64,000 bases of DNA from an uncultured virus (IMG/VR IMGVR_UViG_3300017931_000006) (Duplodnaviria > Heunggongvirae > Uroviricota > Caudoviricetes > Crassvirales). Below, piece after piece: positions 9,001-17,175 of this stretch. The stretch is taken from IMG/VR virus record IMGVR_UViG_3300017931_000006. The stretch is one strand, 5' to 3'. Positions within the stretch are counted from its first letter, which is position 1. Each line of letters begins with the position of its first letter. The notes beneath the pieces were generated by a model. It had not been told where the DNA came from and did no database searches. It saw only the letters and a program-made list of their open reading frames with translations. Position numbers and translations under genes: made by a program.

Positions 9001-11012
9001 AGGTTGAGACCCTGAATCAATGCCTCAGAAGTAGGAAGTGGTCTCAGCCCTCTTTCTGTCGTTCTCCGGGTCCCGGGGCGCGTGGGCTCATAACCACCAT
9101 AAATAGCTTTTACTTCATCAGGAGTGAAGTCCACATGAAAAAGATCTGTGTTAACTTTGCTGGGATTGAAAGACTTCTCTACAGCCCATTGTAGTCCTTT
9201 TGCGGCAGTTCCTACTACTTCAGGAATCCTCATCACACCAAGGACAGCAGCATTTTCTACAAAGTCTTTAGTGGTAAGATCTTTAAAGTGCTTCTTGGGA
9301 TCAAGAGCTATCCCTCCAAGGGTAAAAGCGCCGACCTCAGCACCGAAACCACCGACTTGAACACCGGTTTGTTCAGCTCTCATAAGAGCTTTTGAAGTCC
9401 CAGCTTCTAGCCCTTTGGAGGCAATAGCGTCCGATAAAGTAGAGGCAACACCGGAGACACCTCCGACAACTGCCCCAAGTGCCATTTGTTTGACACCCTC
9501 TAGAACAATGTTTTTATAATTAAGTCCCTCCCAGCTAATATTAGGATCTGATATCTCCTTTAAAGCTTCAGATGTCGCTCCGTATCCTCCAAGGGATCCG
9601 GCAGTAGCAGCAGCTCTGCGAATAAGATTAGCCATTGGTCCGGACTCAATTCTTTCGGCCAGTTTAGCCACAGCTTGTCTGGCAGCGTCCTTATCCAATC
9701 CCAATTCTATCATCCTGTCTGCTGTTTTCTGGGCTATACGGATTGCGTTCTTTTTTATGAGTGAAGAGGCGACGGCTTCAGTACCTTTACCTCCAGAAAA
9801 AGCACCTATCGACTCTATACCGGTCTGCGCTGCTTTACCTGCTTCAGCCCACTGGGACATTCCCAGCATAGGGCCGGAGTCAATGAGTAATGATAAGAAT
9901 TGTGAAGAAACTTCCTCAAAAGTATTGGGCTTATAATTAAGCATCGGATCGCTGGGGTCCTGAATTATCTTGCCGTTTTTATCGTATTTATAAGCCAACT
10001 CATCCTTAGAAAGTCCTGATTTCAGGAGCATCCCCAACATGGAGTTGTTGACTCCATTGTAAGAGATCCAATCCCATGCCGAGGGCTTGGCCTGCCATCT
10101 GTTCTCGACTTCTTTAATCTGGTTATCTAGATCATCACGCTCTTTTAACATCCCTGCAATCGGAGCTTTGAGCTCTGGCTGATTAGTAGCATCTGCGGTC
10201 TGTGCTATTGCTCCTGCTTTCAATGTAAGCGCAAGGCTTTTACGCTTCATATTGGCAGCCTCGTCTGCGTCAGGAGGTAATTTCTCAAGTTTATCCCCGG
10301 CTTCCCATGCGGCTTGTGGGTCACTGGCATTATGAGCTAAAACTCCCTTATTTGCAAGTAGGTTTGCGTTATTAGGATCTAAAGCCAGAGCTTGATCCAG
10401 ATACTTTGGCGCATTGGGATCGCTAGCGGCTTTTGCGTTTTGATAGAGAAGATTCCAAGAATAGGCGTCATTAGGGTTCTTGCTTATAACGCCAAGTATC
10501 TTTTCATTAGCGCCTTCATAGTCATGGGTTTTCTCGGCTTCTTTAGAAGCTTTATAAATATCACGATGCGGTTGAAGTTTTTGATCAGCCCAGAGCAACT
10601 GCTTTTGTTTGGTTACAGGATCAGTGGGTTTAGTAAGAGATTCTTGATATTCTTGTTCAGACTTAAACGGATGGTTCTCAGCTTTTAACCTATCTTCTGA
10701 GATGCTATTAAAATGAGCCATCTCAAGCCCTCCAGACTTAGTGAGAGACTGTGGATTTAGTGGATCTGCGATATCAGTACGTTCCTTTACCGATCCCGGA
10801 GGTGCCCAGTTACTCTCCTGAGCAACCTTTTCAACAGGCTTAGAGACGGAGGCGTTTCCATCCGGTCCATTTCCATGTTGGGTAGGGGATGGAGAAGGCT
10901 TTTTTTTTAAAATATCGCCCGGTTTGGGGATCTCTCCCGGCCCTAAAGTCTTCAGGACTTCATCGGGCTTCGGGATATCTTTCGCCCCTAATATTTTGTT
11001 GTCGTCGTCCAT
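1..11012 (-). CDS. Giant polyvalent putative virion-ejected protein (>3670 aa, truncated by the left window edge): B12-binding + radical SAM, SAM-lyase-like, MPTase zincin, HhH-GPD glycosylase-like domains
   Basis: ATG at 11012 overlaps the stop of the upstream gene (TAATG). The frame is open in every segment I translated (MDDDNKILGAKDIPKP...EKKQAVRDSLEQMLFNRVQK at the edge). The track lists no terminated long ORF in this frame, consistent with no stop. Motifs: IAFSALD..ISVGGYT, STGCKFKCAFYTVP, VYLDDKTF, VELGVESYNDEIL, HEQGVHAGLR, AEEYMA, GPKLG..NL.G..TMDRW, QAALWY. Confidence 0.9.
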   Translation of the reverse strand, partial: MDDDNKILGAKDIPKPDEVLKTLGPGEIPKPGDILKKKPSPSPTQHGNGPDGNASVSKPVEKVAQESNWAPPGSVKERTDIADPLNPQSLTKSGGLEMAHFNSISEDRLKAENHPFKSEQEYQESLTKPTDPVTKQKQLLWADQKLQPHRDIYKASKEAEKTHDYEGANEKILGVISKNPNDAYSWNLLYQNAKAASDPNAPKYLDQALALDPNNANLLANKGVLAHNASDPQAAWEAGDKLEKLPPDADEAANMKRKSLALTLKAGAIAQTADATNQPELKAPIAGMLKERDDLDNQIKEVENRWQAKPSAWDWISYNGVNNSMLGMLLKSGLSKDELAYKYDKNGKIIQDPSDPMLNYKPNTFEEVSSQFLSLLIDSGPMLGMSQWAEAGKAAQTGIESIGAFSGGKGTEAVASSLIKKNAIRIAQKTADRMIELGLDKDAARQAVAKLAERIESGPMANLIRRAAATAGSLGGYGATSEALKEISDPNISWEGLNYKNIVLEGVKQMALGAVVGGVSGVASTLSDAIASKGLEAGTSKALMRAEQTGVQVGGFGAEVGAFTLGGIALDPKKHFKDLTTKDFVENAAVLGVMRIPEVVGTAAKGLQWAVEKSFNPSKVNTDLFHVDFTPDEVKAIYGGYEPTRPGTRRTTERGLRPLPTSEALIQGLNLHPDKMMDVMKSDEVPMDLKMKLLFAIKGVMMNGGIPGATRIETRQDQENGKSYLLALNDQNQVVFANTYNTADEASAEAIKYTQFINEAQKRIDANDLNVRERTNVATRLRGSKFDYNALKTGLDKSDKPWTRTPEEVKAVDKFDSEVAKEKAVREKAVQELMKASEAKGEKLTEEEAQNILYPVLKEPPAPEPEPEKKPEEPTITPVGKLAWGASGNHGGYTLPNNNYVWVDRGSDRVMPSTIGQIFGKRAKTVYNDKWYVSHDRGPDGIDSQWQFDSKEAAEKRANEIIRNTEAGWDILRGPGSEFMITKNGEEWGRTESYDRAQEIIDKEINYLNENKDNEGSVRVQRTDGGQSTINPSTTIESGQTTQEGDRLVSGEEGATPQEKEPVVYQNRAYEVEKVDGNSLKLKGDGTVDNSKVLRFGGAKAKPLAELLDKPVNEVNYQDINYDDLMNEAKYRVNKLNVETTPAENSAVASEAIFNMSLPKNANKTLSEALDDAASLYRDIRNEDQEKAPDLTPEIHKQPKGSSVTTPNATFDDAVKNNPKDKGKNLWVRNDKGEDNSDRTLLVQFSSDLLNGGRRDPTDPSERYYDKLYRTRPGYDRTFDFWEVPLWMSRIAAIADKSDVYVVRDMDEAQNFIKESGYKNIAFSALDINEKYISQIADDNPSQKISVGGYTNLDNLKTKSNISIYNSISDFAKQNGHPDEYGFSYRHFDGTQVIPRLQLSTGCKFKCAFYTVPKEIISIPDEAIDRQVESLAALGAKLVYLDDKTFGQSPNYKRLPEIYNKIIETNPDFQGFVIQTTAGQFTKFSSEFLKQAHIKYVELGVESYNDEILAKLHKPASEKTIDAAVKKLREEKIAFIPNIVVGFSGINPDGSHWEETPETYQHTMDFLKANEDIISHTNVYNLALYEGTELADNIDAKAESDKNENNTTKSFHEDKLIHQQAMNDFTDQASRALDKAPFEAHKQTFPDKVPESVRAVFVAPYRDLSISSPEEAAEIRERPDYKAYIESIHNVAKAMGISVNRIDNTIGLFEGGQEVSNRIDVNAPTLDEAEKFAALIRATSAPETQKATIAAEYLDEWDKPNQNAIEIEVKVGDAQKAINALKKAGINDATYNESTGTIQIVDIENGKDTEFNDKVSDFLNKVIENGTATEQAERHALESRYVDPDRRTELLQSIKAEHPEKGTEIRGILDEAIRRAKEFDKAEAKVELKPEAQAELDALNASLGLTNTPLSADKHNKISETINDLAKKATHSLPVEVVKSQADLPQNIQDAAGEGRVKAALDQRTHQIYLVSDNLHSEDAAIAAWVHEQGVHAGLRSLLPDHKELDNLLNKVYSSVGLDKIKDTVDKLYIDQFNKGDMSKAELAEEYMAKIGEKVVNKEALTDAEKGLWQKLLDFVRGALKDMIGKSADLTDDEIADIVKASTASVYEQTGPAGVTNAEGVKFSLRGFAEDTKDFADIGLPKRKKMWSLRDIYEAYNNYYNKRYGSIEGRLQSTKGKSGETLEKVLENNKEVRHQTIPRASRFMADEVEYMVKAFGGTDKSGLGWYTHQYQHAIQDLAKLFPELKDNDNGSADLFTMLTAITSDQTEVYKNLGIAADVYSRYRDSKDGVIPYVTEGSNKTAAYNENIDRINGLLKEFDGDMGKLTDWLLETKKGSEFRKEAAKEGRDFKNDWEDHIKIPRAVTIFGPKLGVYFANLMGTEGWPTMDRWESRTFNRYRGTVLSEVSGLGEEGNVKGVGAFKEWIGKPDLSDEDAIHEATLHAKAYIKRGYRTELEQKVGFKEGTTNEDKEKFNNAVNALDLSQGQLSIEGEGKSKEQLLQDHYAEKSGNTIYKDAVGTRDMPDNPADRTLQYETFKEAQKKLSAKGIDLSIADIQAALWYFEKAMYVKAGGKADALGVSYGDVSKNIVKNFEEKGSFFNAKEAEAFRKKDPAVIAKETGQTTLFSKEEMSAGDRQDMTNKIRDGFDKFKEHYPEKGHKEVAELFKEAVLQKNPNIPKSIINDATREKVVLKPIDFETSLKNAVVEAEKKKMFGVAALQHMKDALQSTDLDHWFNEAKQGISDGVFIPDEVTRRVLTEHSGSVMDEAVLLVHRAQLRNEEIDILNRMRLAKDSKSIMGLQTDLNNLYAKISDNDMAAAMIGREASNIFRLRKAYTNSEMSLFQMEREYLATKNLESLTPEEQEYVRSRFQELRELREKVADFEKKEAAKKERQKVSEVIEREGKQKPKSQQTSEERIAAAKQRMLERRKPKMSAESDVKLSAESEKAKELDPEDIKDIMEIAREHSRSGVKDLDELIDKTLADVKDVAPELTARDIMEHLTGYAKDNEPKTKAEHQIAMGEMKKEARLRLKLEDLSKSSKSSPFIERDSDSGAVKALKEEGRKRAKELGITEREYNERRIKDIARRTKQIEEKLQNKDYTTLKKEAEVFEKSDELVKAERSYALRYNQWKEERQADLAKSQPLAKRFMNGVFRLQRFAVLSYISTIGKIAAVLGHSFILKPLMVAAQELAYQLTPKGVSGKADIWGRVHMSSLAKYYTAVWKNLTWDNFMQQMKGHDINEIMYGDPHVYEEWSLGKGLIEAPGRTHGWMKSFLKTAELAFAHEQLTLNRLEHAKEVSAKMEALDYFDPRRDELLQELKKYDPNREENRLMIKQMAVEYGRWGILMNKNQFVKGINSFIEANGVPGALLKTEIPIIRIPSNYIDRALTFKYGLIYALVGKRNLAGDMKLQAPGLVSFIWNGTKNLDRDQADIIQRNIVLGSMGMSAFLLGAFHHNTVKKKDDGSYDVTFGGTTHNISHLALHVPFYESFLNGCSVGNNLALLEKKGDLWGSINDILRENAEADWETASKSPFANMLQYGFFPNLAKLGFEALKGKGDTTTNIEQKIGAAFVKKIVDMVDPGWVKEWAKRQSQKQGGMGYPKTPEEVVLASFPWLWKFASKSIDKREMDKRAKAEEVKMYGLPEEELEAKKEAAEKKQAVRDSLEQMLFNRVQK
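5354..5539 (-). CDS. Possible overprinted small basic protein (61 aa) nested out of frame in the giant gene
   Basis: In the ORF track; ATG preceded by A-rich tttaaataaagtaatagaaa like real starts in this genome. Confidence 0.25.
   Translation of the reverse strand: MEQPQNKQKDTHSSPDTSIPIGEPSYFSLSKPSTRKKGQRFVGFSTRRSAEPKSSTKPKQK
7823..7987 (-). CDS. Possible overprinted small protein (54 aa, MKTKIMKDQSGFSVQTEDKVPLTPPLPLSQAKRHKKVIDWFQAKKEQHLKRKSQ) nested out of frame in the giant gene
   Basis: Hand-translated; start context aaataaactacttaaATGAAA; the giant-protein frame is a low-complexity linker here. Confidence 0.35.
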   Translation of the reverse strand: MKTKIMKDQSGFSVQTEDKVPLTPPLPLSQAKRHKKVIDWFQAKKEQHLKRKSQ

Positions 11013-12355
11013 TAATTACTCTTTTCAAGTTGACTAATTTGTTCATCTGACCAGCCTGCTGCTTTTAGATCAGCCTCCGTTGCCTTTCCTTTCCCCGGGA
11101 TAACGAGATATTGACCGCCTGCCGCCGGTGGAGGTGTTACTTTCTTAGCTGTAGAAGGACTTTTTGGATATGCTTCCCTGATCTCCGGGTGTTTGTTCTC
11201 ATCGATCTTAACAGGAATCGTTTCCGATTTTGTTTCATAATAACCCACATCCCCAGCGTGAGCTGACTTCTTGGGATCAGTAGTCATCTTACCGTTTTTA
11301 TCTCTATACATCTTTGGTTTGGCGCCAGAGTCAACTTCTTCCTTTGAAGGATAGCCCATATTCTTTCTCTTTTCTTCTACAGCATCCTTAGATGTATTGA
11401 TAACCTTGGTGCCTTCCCACACTCGGGAACCATCTGGGTATTGCGTGAAATGAACCAATGTGGTCTTTCCTATACTACCATCCTCATATTTGATATCCAT
11501 GGGCGGTAGTTGTTTGTCTGGAGTGAAGGTAGTGGTCCCGTCTCCATTCTCAACCTTACTCCATCCCTGAGTCTTAGCACTGGCCCCCCCGGTAGGAGGA
11601 AACTTTGAAAAGTCAACACCCTTAGTGGATTCTAGATCTACCTTGTTCTGTATATAAGTAGAACGATTATTACGTCCGTAAAACTTCTGAAGCATGGGAT
11701 TAGTGTCCCAAAGGTTTGCAGCGTCTTCTGCTACCTTCTGAGGAGGATATTCTCCCCGGATTTCATGCAGGGCGCCATCAGGACCCCATTTCCATGAACT
11801 AGAATTGTCTTTAGCCCGATTCCTGTTACTATTGAAGTAGCTCTGCTCCATCTTTATCACTTCCGATGGGGTGTATTGCTCTTGAACTAAAGCCATAGGA
11901 TCTACAGTATTGTCGATAGGATCCTTAGAGGTAGCCCATTTATTAAGAGCGTCTAACGACTCGGGATCAAGTTTGTCTTTAGACTGGAGATCCATGGCTT
12001 TCTTCATGGCAGCTTGATAAGACTCTTGAAGTAATTGAGATTGAGCTACTTTAGTTAATAACATCTTTTTCTTGTCTTCAATGGATCCAAGTTCTTTGTA
12101 GTTTGGATCTTCGTTTCTTTCCTCAGCTTTTGCATATATATCAGCAGCTTCTTTCTTGAATTTATCAGATTCACCAAGCAATTCTTCCCTGTGGTTAGCG
12201 CGTACGCCTTCTAGGGAGATGTCCACAAGCTTCATATAATTATCGATCTGCTGCTGCTTGTGAGCATTCTTGGCCTGCTGAATCTGGGACATGGTTTCCC
12301 CTAAGTTCTGAAGAGCTGGGCCTATGTAATCCGGTGTCTGAAACGAGATTGGCAT
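11012..12355 (-). CDS. Putative internal virion / ejection protein (447 aa)
   Basis: Between tail genes and the giant protein; helical Q/K/A-rich N-terminus; translationally coupled. Confidence 0.6.
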   Translation of the reverse strand: MPISFQTPDYIGPALQNLGETMSQIQQAKNAHKQQQIDNYMKLVDISLEGVRANHREELLGESDKFKKEAADIYAKAEERNEDPNYKELGSIEDKKKMLLTKVAQSQLLQESYQAAMKKAMDLQSKDKLDPESLDALNKWATSKDPIDNTVDPMALVQEQYTPSEVIKMEQSYFNSNRNRAKDNSSSWKWGPDGALHEIRGEYPPQKVAEDAANLWDTNPMLQKFYGRNNRSTYIQNKVDLESTKGVDFSKFPPTGGASAKTQGWSKVENGDGTTTFTPDKQLPPMDIKYEDGSIGKTTLVHFTQYPDGSRVWEGTKVINTSKDAVEEKRKNMGYPSKEEVDSGAKPKMYRDKNGKMTTDPKKSAHAGDVGYYETKSETIPVKIDENKHPEIREAYPKSPSTAKKVTPPPAAGGQYLVIPGKGKATEADLKAAGWSDEQISQLEKSN

Positions 12356-12356
12356 A

Positions 12357-13118
12357 TTAGTTAGCTAAAAATCCAAATCTTGATAAAATATTATTTTTAA
12401 AATCATCATAACTAGAGTTGTCTGAAGAGTTGAAGTTGGCTACGGACTTCTCCCAGATAGCATTAATATCAGGTTTGTTGGCATCAGGATTGGCAACTAA
12501 TGGCGTAGGAGGTGTTGCGGTCTCAGGAGGCGTGGAGTTGTTTTTAAAGAAGCTGCTTAGAATGTCGTTCTGATCTTTCAAATAACTCATCTTTTTGTTT
12601 GAAGCCTCTACGTTGATGGCATTTCCTATACCCTGATTAACAGAGCTCATTAAATCCTTAGTCCCCTGAGCCTTCTGTTCAAACCCCGAAATGTTTTCGT
12701 TGATATTAGCGCCTTGAACACTGAGGTCCATCCCGGCACCATGTTGCAGAGTGTTAATATTTTCTTTTATATTATCCAAATGGACTGACGCCGAGTCTGC
12801 GGCTAATTTGTTGTACATTTCATTCCCTCTGGATATTGCCTCTCCAGCCATGGTTATTACATCTGAAGGGTTTTGGGCTACTTTTCTTGCGCCCTCTAGG
12901 GTTCCTTCTGTCATTGATTTGATATTCTGCTCGTAGAATTTCTCACCCGGGATCCCTTCGTTGGACAACTCATTGGATTTGGTCATCGCAGCTATTTCTT
13001 CCGGGGGCATGTATGTCTTTTGTGACAAGATCTTCCCCGCAAGCTGACTGGATGACAAGTCGCCTGCAACGCCCTGTGCTATGCTAAATATCGCCGCGAT
13101 GGCTGCTATATCGTCCAT
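12357..13118 (-). CDS. Putative internal virion / pilot-like protein (253 aa)
   Basis: Ala/Gly-rich hydrophobic N-terminus then helical region; directly after the muzzle gene as in podovirus layouts. Confidence 0.6.
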   Translation of the reverse strand: MDDIAAIAAIFSIAQGVAGDLSSSQLAGKILSQKTYMPPEEIAAMTKSNELSNEGIPGEKFYEQNIKSMTEGTLEGARKVAQNPSDVITMAGEAISRGNEMYNKLAADSASVHLDNIKENINTLQHGAGMDLSVQGANINENISGFEQKAQGTKDLMSSVNQGIGNAINVEASNKKMSYLKDQNDILSSFFKNNSTPPETATPPTPLVANPDANKPDINAIWEKSVANFNSSDNSSYDDFKNNILSRFGFLAN

Positions 13119-13119
13119 A

Positions 13120-16100
13120 TTACTCTGATATTGTACCGTTAATTTCTACTCCAAACAACTCCACATCGGGATCGTCACACTGGAGCTTATTACTTATAGC
13201 GTGTCCTCTTAGCTTCCTCCCGGTTAGAAGATCTCTTAAACTTTCTTTACCATGGGTGAACATATCCATCAGGTATGCTGCCTTTTGAACTCCTTCTCTG
13301 GTTTTAAACAAAGAAGAATTCAACCTGCTTCGCATTACGCCGCCTTCTGTTGCCACTGAGATATCTCCGGTATTACCGGCTCCCCACATTTGATAAGAGA
13401 ATATTTTTAGAGCATTCCATACCTTTGCTTTGTCTGGCCCCTTATTTCCGATCACAGTCACGATAGCTGGGTATCTTACTCCATAAAATTTATTCTTATC
13501 TGGGCCTACATTATGCTTCCAGATCTCACCACCTATCGAACTCGTCAACACTAATCCATTGGTTGCGTAATGATCAGGGATATATGAAGCAAAGAAATCC
13601 CACGTATCAGTTGGCTCATGGAAAACTACCGTGTCATTATTCGATGGATTTACCCGGTCCACAAATGTAACAATAATGCTTTTATACTCCTTCTCGTAGA
13701 CAGAAAAAACATTAACATTTTCTATCCCTGAAGCTAAAAGAGCTTTGCTTTTTTCACTAAAATAAGTCTCCATCCCGAAATCCCATCCAGTCTCGCTATC
13801 TTTGCCTACAATCTGCTTAATACCATTAGAAGCCCATCTGCAATACACACCATTAAAAATATCAAAGAAATAAGTATGTAGCGCAGATGAAGCCATGCTC
13901 TCCGGGAATACAGTCCCGAGGATCTCAGGGTGCCTCATCAGCCCTCCAATTACTGCATCAGACAATGCCATCACAGAGCCACCGTCGGCTTGTTTTAAAG
14001 AGGTCTTTCCTATGAAAATAGAGATGGGCTGATTCTTCTGAAGAATTCTTAATACATCTCCTACCTCACGCATCCCATATATCTTGTCGTTCTTCTCGGA
14101 CACCTCTCCGCTATTCCCGCTAATAAAAGTAGACAACCCATTAACCAGAGAATCTTGAATATAAAGCAAAGAAAATCTCCACGCGGCTATGTATTCCTTT
14201 CTTTTCATAGCCCGGTTAACCACATTTACTTTTCCTATACTTATATCACTACTTTCAAAAAAATCACAATATGCAGGGTCTTCAACAAGATAATTAGATG
14301 AGCCTGTAATTCTGGTCCTGATATAACAATCGCCCTGAGTAAATACCCCGGAGGCTGGTGTGCTAAGATTAACAGATTGATCTGTAGCCAAAGGACCGTC
14401 TCCCTTTCCATGTCTACAATTAGGAGTATGAGCGTCAAGGATCGGAAGTATTTTATCAAATTGATTATAAATTCCAAGCGTTGCAAGGTTGGATTCCTGC
14501 GGGGTATATACCTGAACGATAATATTCTGCCATCCTGTATAAACTTGTGTCATCAAGGGTACGATTAATTTCAACTTCCCAAGATCAGCAACTTTATTCC
14601 CTTTTTCATCGAGTATAGGGGCTTGATCTTTACTGGAGAGATCCCATTGATAAATGTCCGGACCGGATGGAGGTGTGTAGGGATTGGTTACATCGGTATA
14701 AGTCGTTCCAAGTATTTCTACATCAATGAATTGATCACACAGTTTATAAGTTCCATCATCACCCAAAGAACTCTGCCTGTACAGAATTCTCATCCTATCT
14801 CCCTTCTGCCAGTCATAATTACGAATTGTAGAATTAGGAAACCTATTCGCCATCTTTTGAATAGAGTCATTGAGTTCTATGTAGGTATAAACAGAGTCAG
14901 TGGATATCTCTCCGGGCATGACATGAAATTGCAACCACCATTTAAGCCCGGGAATAAGCAACCACCCGTAATATCTAGCCCATACAGGAGGCTTGTGATA
15001 GATCTCAAACCCCATTTTATATATATATTGCTTGGTGGGGTCAAGAGATTGGCTTATCTCTGTCAATGCTGGTAAATATATCTTAGAGGTGGCATTTTCA
15101 TTGGCGCCCCCGGTACGCATCCCCTCATCGAAATAATGCAGTGCAAATAGTGGCGTAGCACCTGATTTGAACCCAATATCTACTAGGGAGTTGACTGCAT
15201 AAACGTGCATTTTTTGAATACCCCACCAGTTACCGTAGTAATCACCCTCAATCCCAGTCCCATAATACTGCTCCCATGTGAATCGATGAATTCTAAGCCT
15301 TCTATGATAAATTGGATCAGCCCAAGCTATAGGATAATTTCCGGGGACCTGTGGATTAGGGCCGGGGTAATTGTACTGAGGCCACAGATTATTTATTTGG
15401 GTCAAAAGATAGGCAACTACCGAGGCGGTGGTATCTCCCGGCTGAGTTTTATAATATACGGTAAACAACTGACAGTTAGATAAATCAGAACTTACACCTC
15501 CATTCCCAAGAAACTCATGGTTGTAAGGAGGATACCCCGGTCCGGCTGGACTATTCCAATCAGAGGGCCAGTTTACTCCATTAAAAAGATATCGGTATAA
15601 GTCAACACAGACAATTACACCAACAGGAATACCATCGGGAAGATCCACATTGATACCCGAAAAGAACGGAGTCCAATCTCCCGGCCTCCCATCCCATATT
15701 TTGCCATTAGGACCGACTTGGGAAAGAAATTCTAAGAAATCTTTAGTATAATTATTGAAATTTAAGGCAGTCCGTTTAGGAATAAGAGACACGTTGATAT
15801 CAAGATTGTCATAGTTTTCGGTATTATCCGCATAGAGCATCCTGTTTTTTTCAATTAACGCCTGCCTGCCTGCCACCTGCGGAACATTATCATAGGGTCT
15901 AAGAACTTGGTTGACGTCATCCTTTGCGTCTATTACCGTACAAAGATCATCATTGTAAAAATAATAAGTGGTCTGAATGTCGCTATTCATACCCAGCACC
16001 ATATTCCCACCTTCGTCGTATTTGTAAATGGTCCGGAATATATTCCACAGCCCCTTGTTTCCTTCCCTGAACGCGAGCTCTATGCTTACAACCTCCATCG

Positions 16101-17175
16101 GCCCTGTATCGAACTTGACTTTAATCATATTATCTGCATTGTCAAACAAATTGGATAATATATCAAGCATGTTATAAACCGATGGCAGTGGTATATTTGA
16201 TATAGGACTCCAGACAGTAGTTTCGTTATTCACGTAAGTCCACCTGTAGGAGAACTGGAAAAGAGCACCTTGAACGTCTTTTGTATTGTGAGCCGGGTCG
16301 CTATCATAACTACAAATAGGCTGCCGCGAAGGAGGGTATTTCAAGGCAGAAAGAACTTGAAAGTCAATACCATAATACATCTTTGGGTAATACGGAAGTA
16401 TGTATCCTGTAATGGCCCCAGCCCCAGATACATCCCATATCCTACCAGTTACAATATAATTTAGGCCATTTATTTGCCCCAAGGCTTGTATTACTCCATA
16501 ACCTGTGGCTGGCTTTAATCGCTCTCCATAAACGACTCCTTCATTCACCCACGTCACAACTTTGTCGTACAAAGCCCACTGCTGTGTGCCTTTAAAAACA
16601 TAAGCTGTTAATCCGTATTGTTCTAAGTTATGAGTGATGTCGTAAGCGTGAGCCATATAAGCCAATTCCCGCTTTTTAGACCCGTAATACAATTTATAGA
16701 AAGCTATAGCCATCTCCACATCTACTCCCCTAGGGGGATTGAAGTTACTATTTATAAACGATCCAAAGAAGCCATCGGTCCATTTCAGTATTCCCCCGAT
16801 CATGTCCACATGGGAGATCTTGCAATTTAACTGAAAATTCAGATATCTATGTTTTACTACGAGATCAAACTGGTAGCTGTCGCCTTGTGGTATATACCTG
16901 ATTATCTTATGATTATCAGGATTGGGGTTGTACATAAAATAGAAAGTGGCCTGACTCTGGATATCTTCATAGGAACCTATTTCAACATCCCCGGAGTCTT
17001 TGAATGGATTTTTAAGCATGGCCATGCTAAGTATACCTTGCCCCACACCTTCTTTTGGGCCAGAGGTGTTACCATGGCGCAGGTTAAGCTTATACCTGCA
17101 CTCAGTTTCTTTCATCAGACGCTCTTCGACGTCAAGATTCATTTTTCTTGGCAATATGGTCTGACTTACTTTCAA
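13120..17175 (-). CDS. Tail stabilisation / muzzle protein (crAss-like, P22 gp10 / tail tubular B type), 1351 aa
   Basis: N-terminal MNLDVEERLM..YKLN, WTDG..NPPR, FQFSYRW...WSPIS, C-terminal KVWNALKI; follows the ring genes. Confidence 0.8.
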   Translation of the reverse strand: MKVSQTILPRKMNLDVEERLMKETECRYKLNLRHGNTSGPKEGVGQGILSMAMLKNPFKDSGDVEIGSYEDIQSQATFYFMYNPNPDNHKIIRYIPQGDSYQFDLVVKHRYLNFQLNCKISHVDMIGGILKWTDGFFGSFINSNFNPPRGVDVEMAIAFYKLYYGSKKRELAYMAHAYDITHNLEQYGLTAYVFKGTQQWALYDKVVTWVNEGVVYGERLKPATGYGVIQALGQINGLNYIVTGRIWDVSGAGAITGYILPYYPKMYYGIDFQVLSALKYPPSRQPICSYDSDPAHNTKDVQGALFQFSYRWTYVNNETTVWSPISNIPLPSVYNMLDILSNLFDNADNMIKVKFDTGPMEVVSIELAFREGNKGLWNIFRTIYKYDEGGNMVLGMNSDIQTTYYFYNDDLCTVIDAKDDVNQVLRPYDNVPQVAGRQALIEKNRMLYADNTENYDNLDINVSLIPKRTALNFNNYTKDFLEFLSQVGPNGKIWDGRPGDWTPFFSGINVDLPDGIPVGVIVCVDLYRYLFNGVNWPSDWNSPAGPGYPPYNHEFLGNGGVSSDLSNCQLFTVYYKTQPGDTTASVVAYLLTQINNLWPQYNYPGPNPQVPGNYPIAWADPIYHRRLRIHRFTWEQYYGTGIEGDYYGNWWGIQKMHVYAVNSLVDIGFKSGATPLFALHYFDEGMRTGGANENATSKIYLPALTEISQSLDPTKQYIYKMGFEIYHKPPVWARYYGWLLIPGLKWWLQFHVMPGEISTDSVYTYIELNDSIQKMANRFPNSTIRNYDWQKGDRMRILYRQSSLGDDGTYKLCDQFIDVEILGTTYTDVTNPYTPPSGPDIYQWDLSSKDQAPILDEKGNKVADLGKLKLIVPLMTQVYTGWQNIIVQVYTPQESNLATLGIYNQFDKILPILDAHTPNCRHGKGDGPLATDQSVNLSTPASGVFTQGDCYIRTRITGSSNYLVEDPAYCDFFESSDISIGKVNVVNRAMKRKEYIAAWRFSLLYIQDSLVNGLSTFISGNSGEVSEKNDKIYGMREVGDVLRILQKNQPISIFIGKTSLKQADGGSVMALSDAVIGGLMRHPEILGTVFPESMASSALHTYFFDIFNGVYCRWASNGIKQIVGKDSETGWDFGMETYFSEKSKALLASGIENVNVFSVYEKEYKSIIVTFVDRVNPSNNDTVVFHEPTDTWDFFASYIPDHYATNGLVLTSSIGGEIWKHNVGPDKNKFYGVRYPAIVTVIGNKGPDKAKVWNALKIFSYQMWGAGNTGDISVATEGGVMRSRLNSSLFKTREGVQKAAYLMDMFTHGKESLRDLLTGRKLRGHAISNKLQCDDPDVELFGVEINGTISE

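Noticed and set aside
16..10688. Many plus-strand ORFs in the track over 1-11 kb
   Set aside because: Antisense shadows of the giant minus-strand gene; same for plus-strand ORFs across 12-41 kb.
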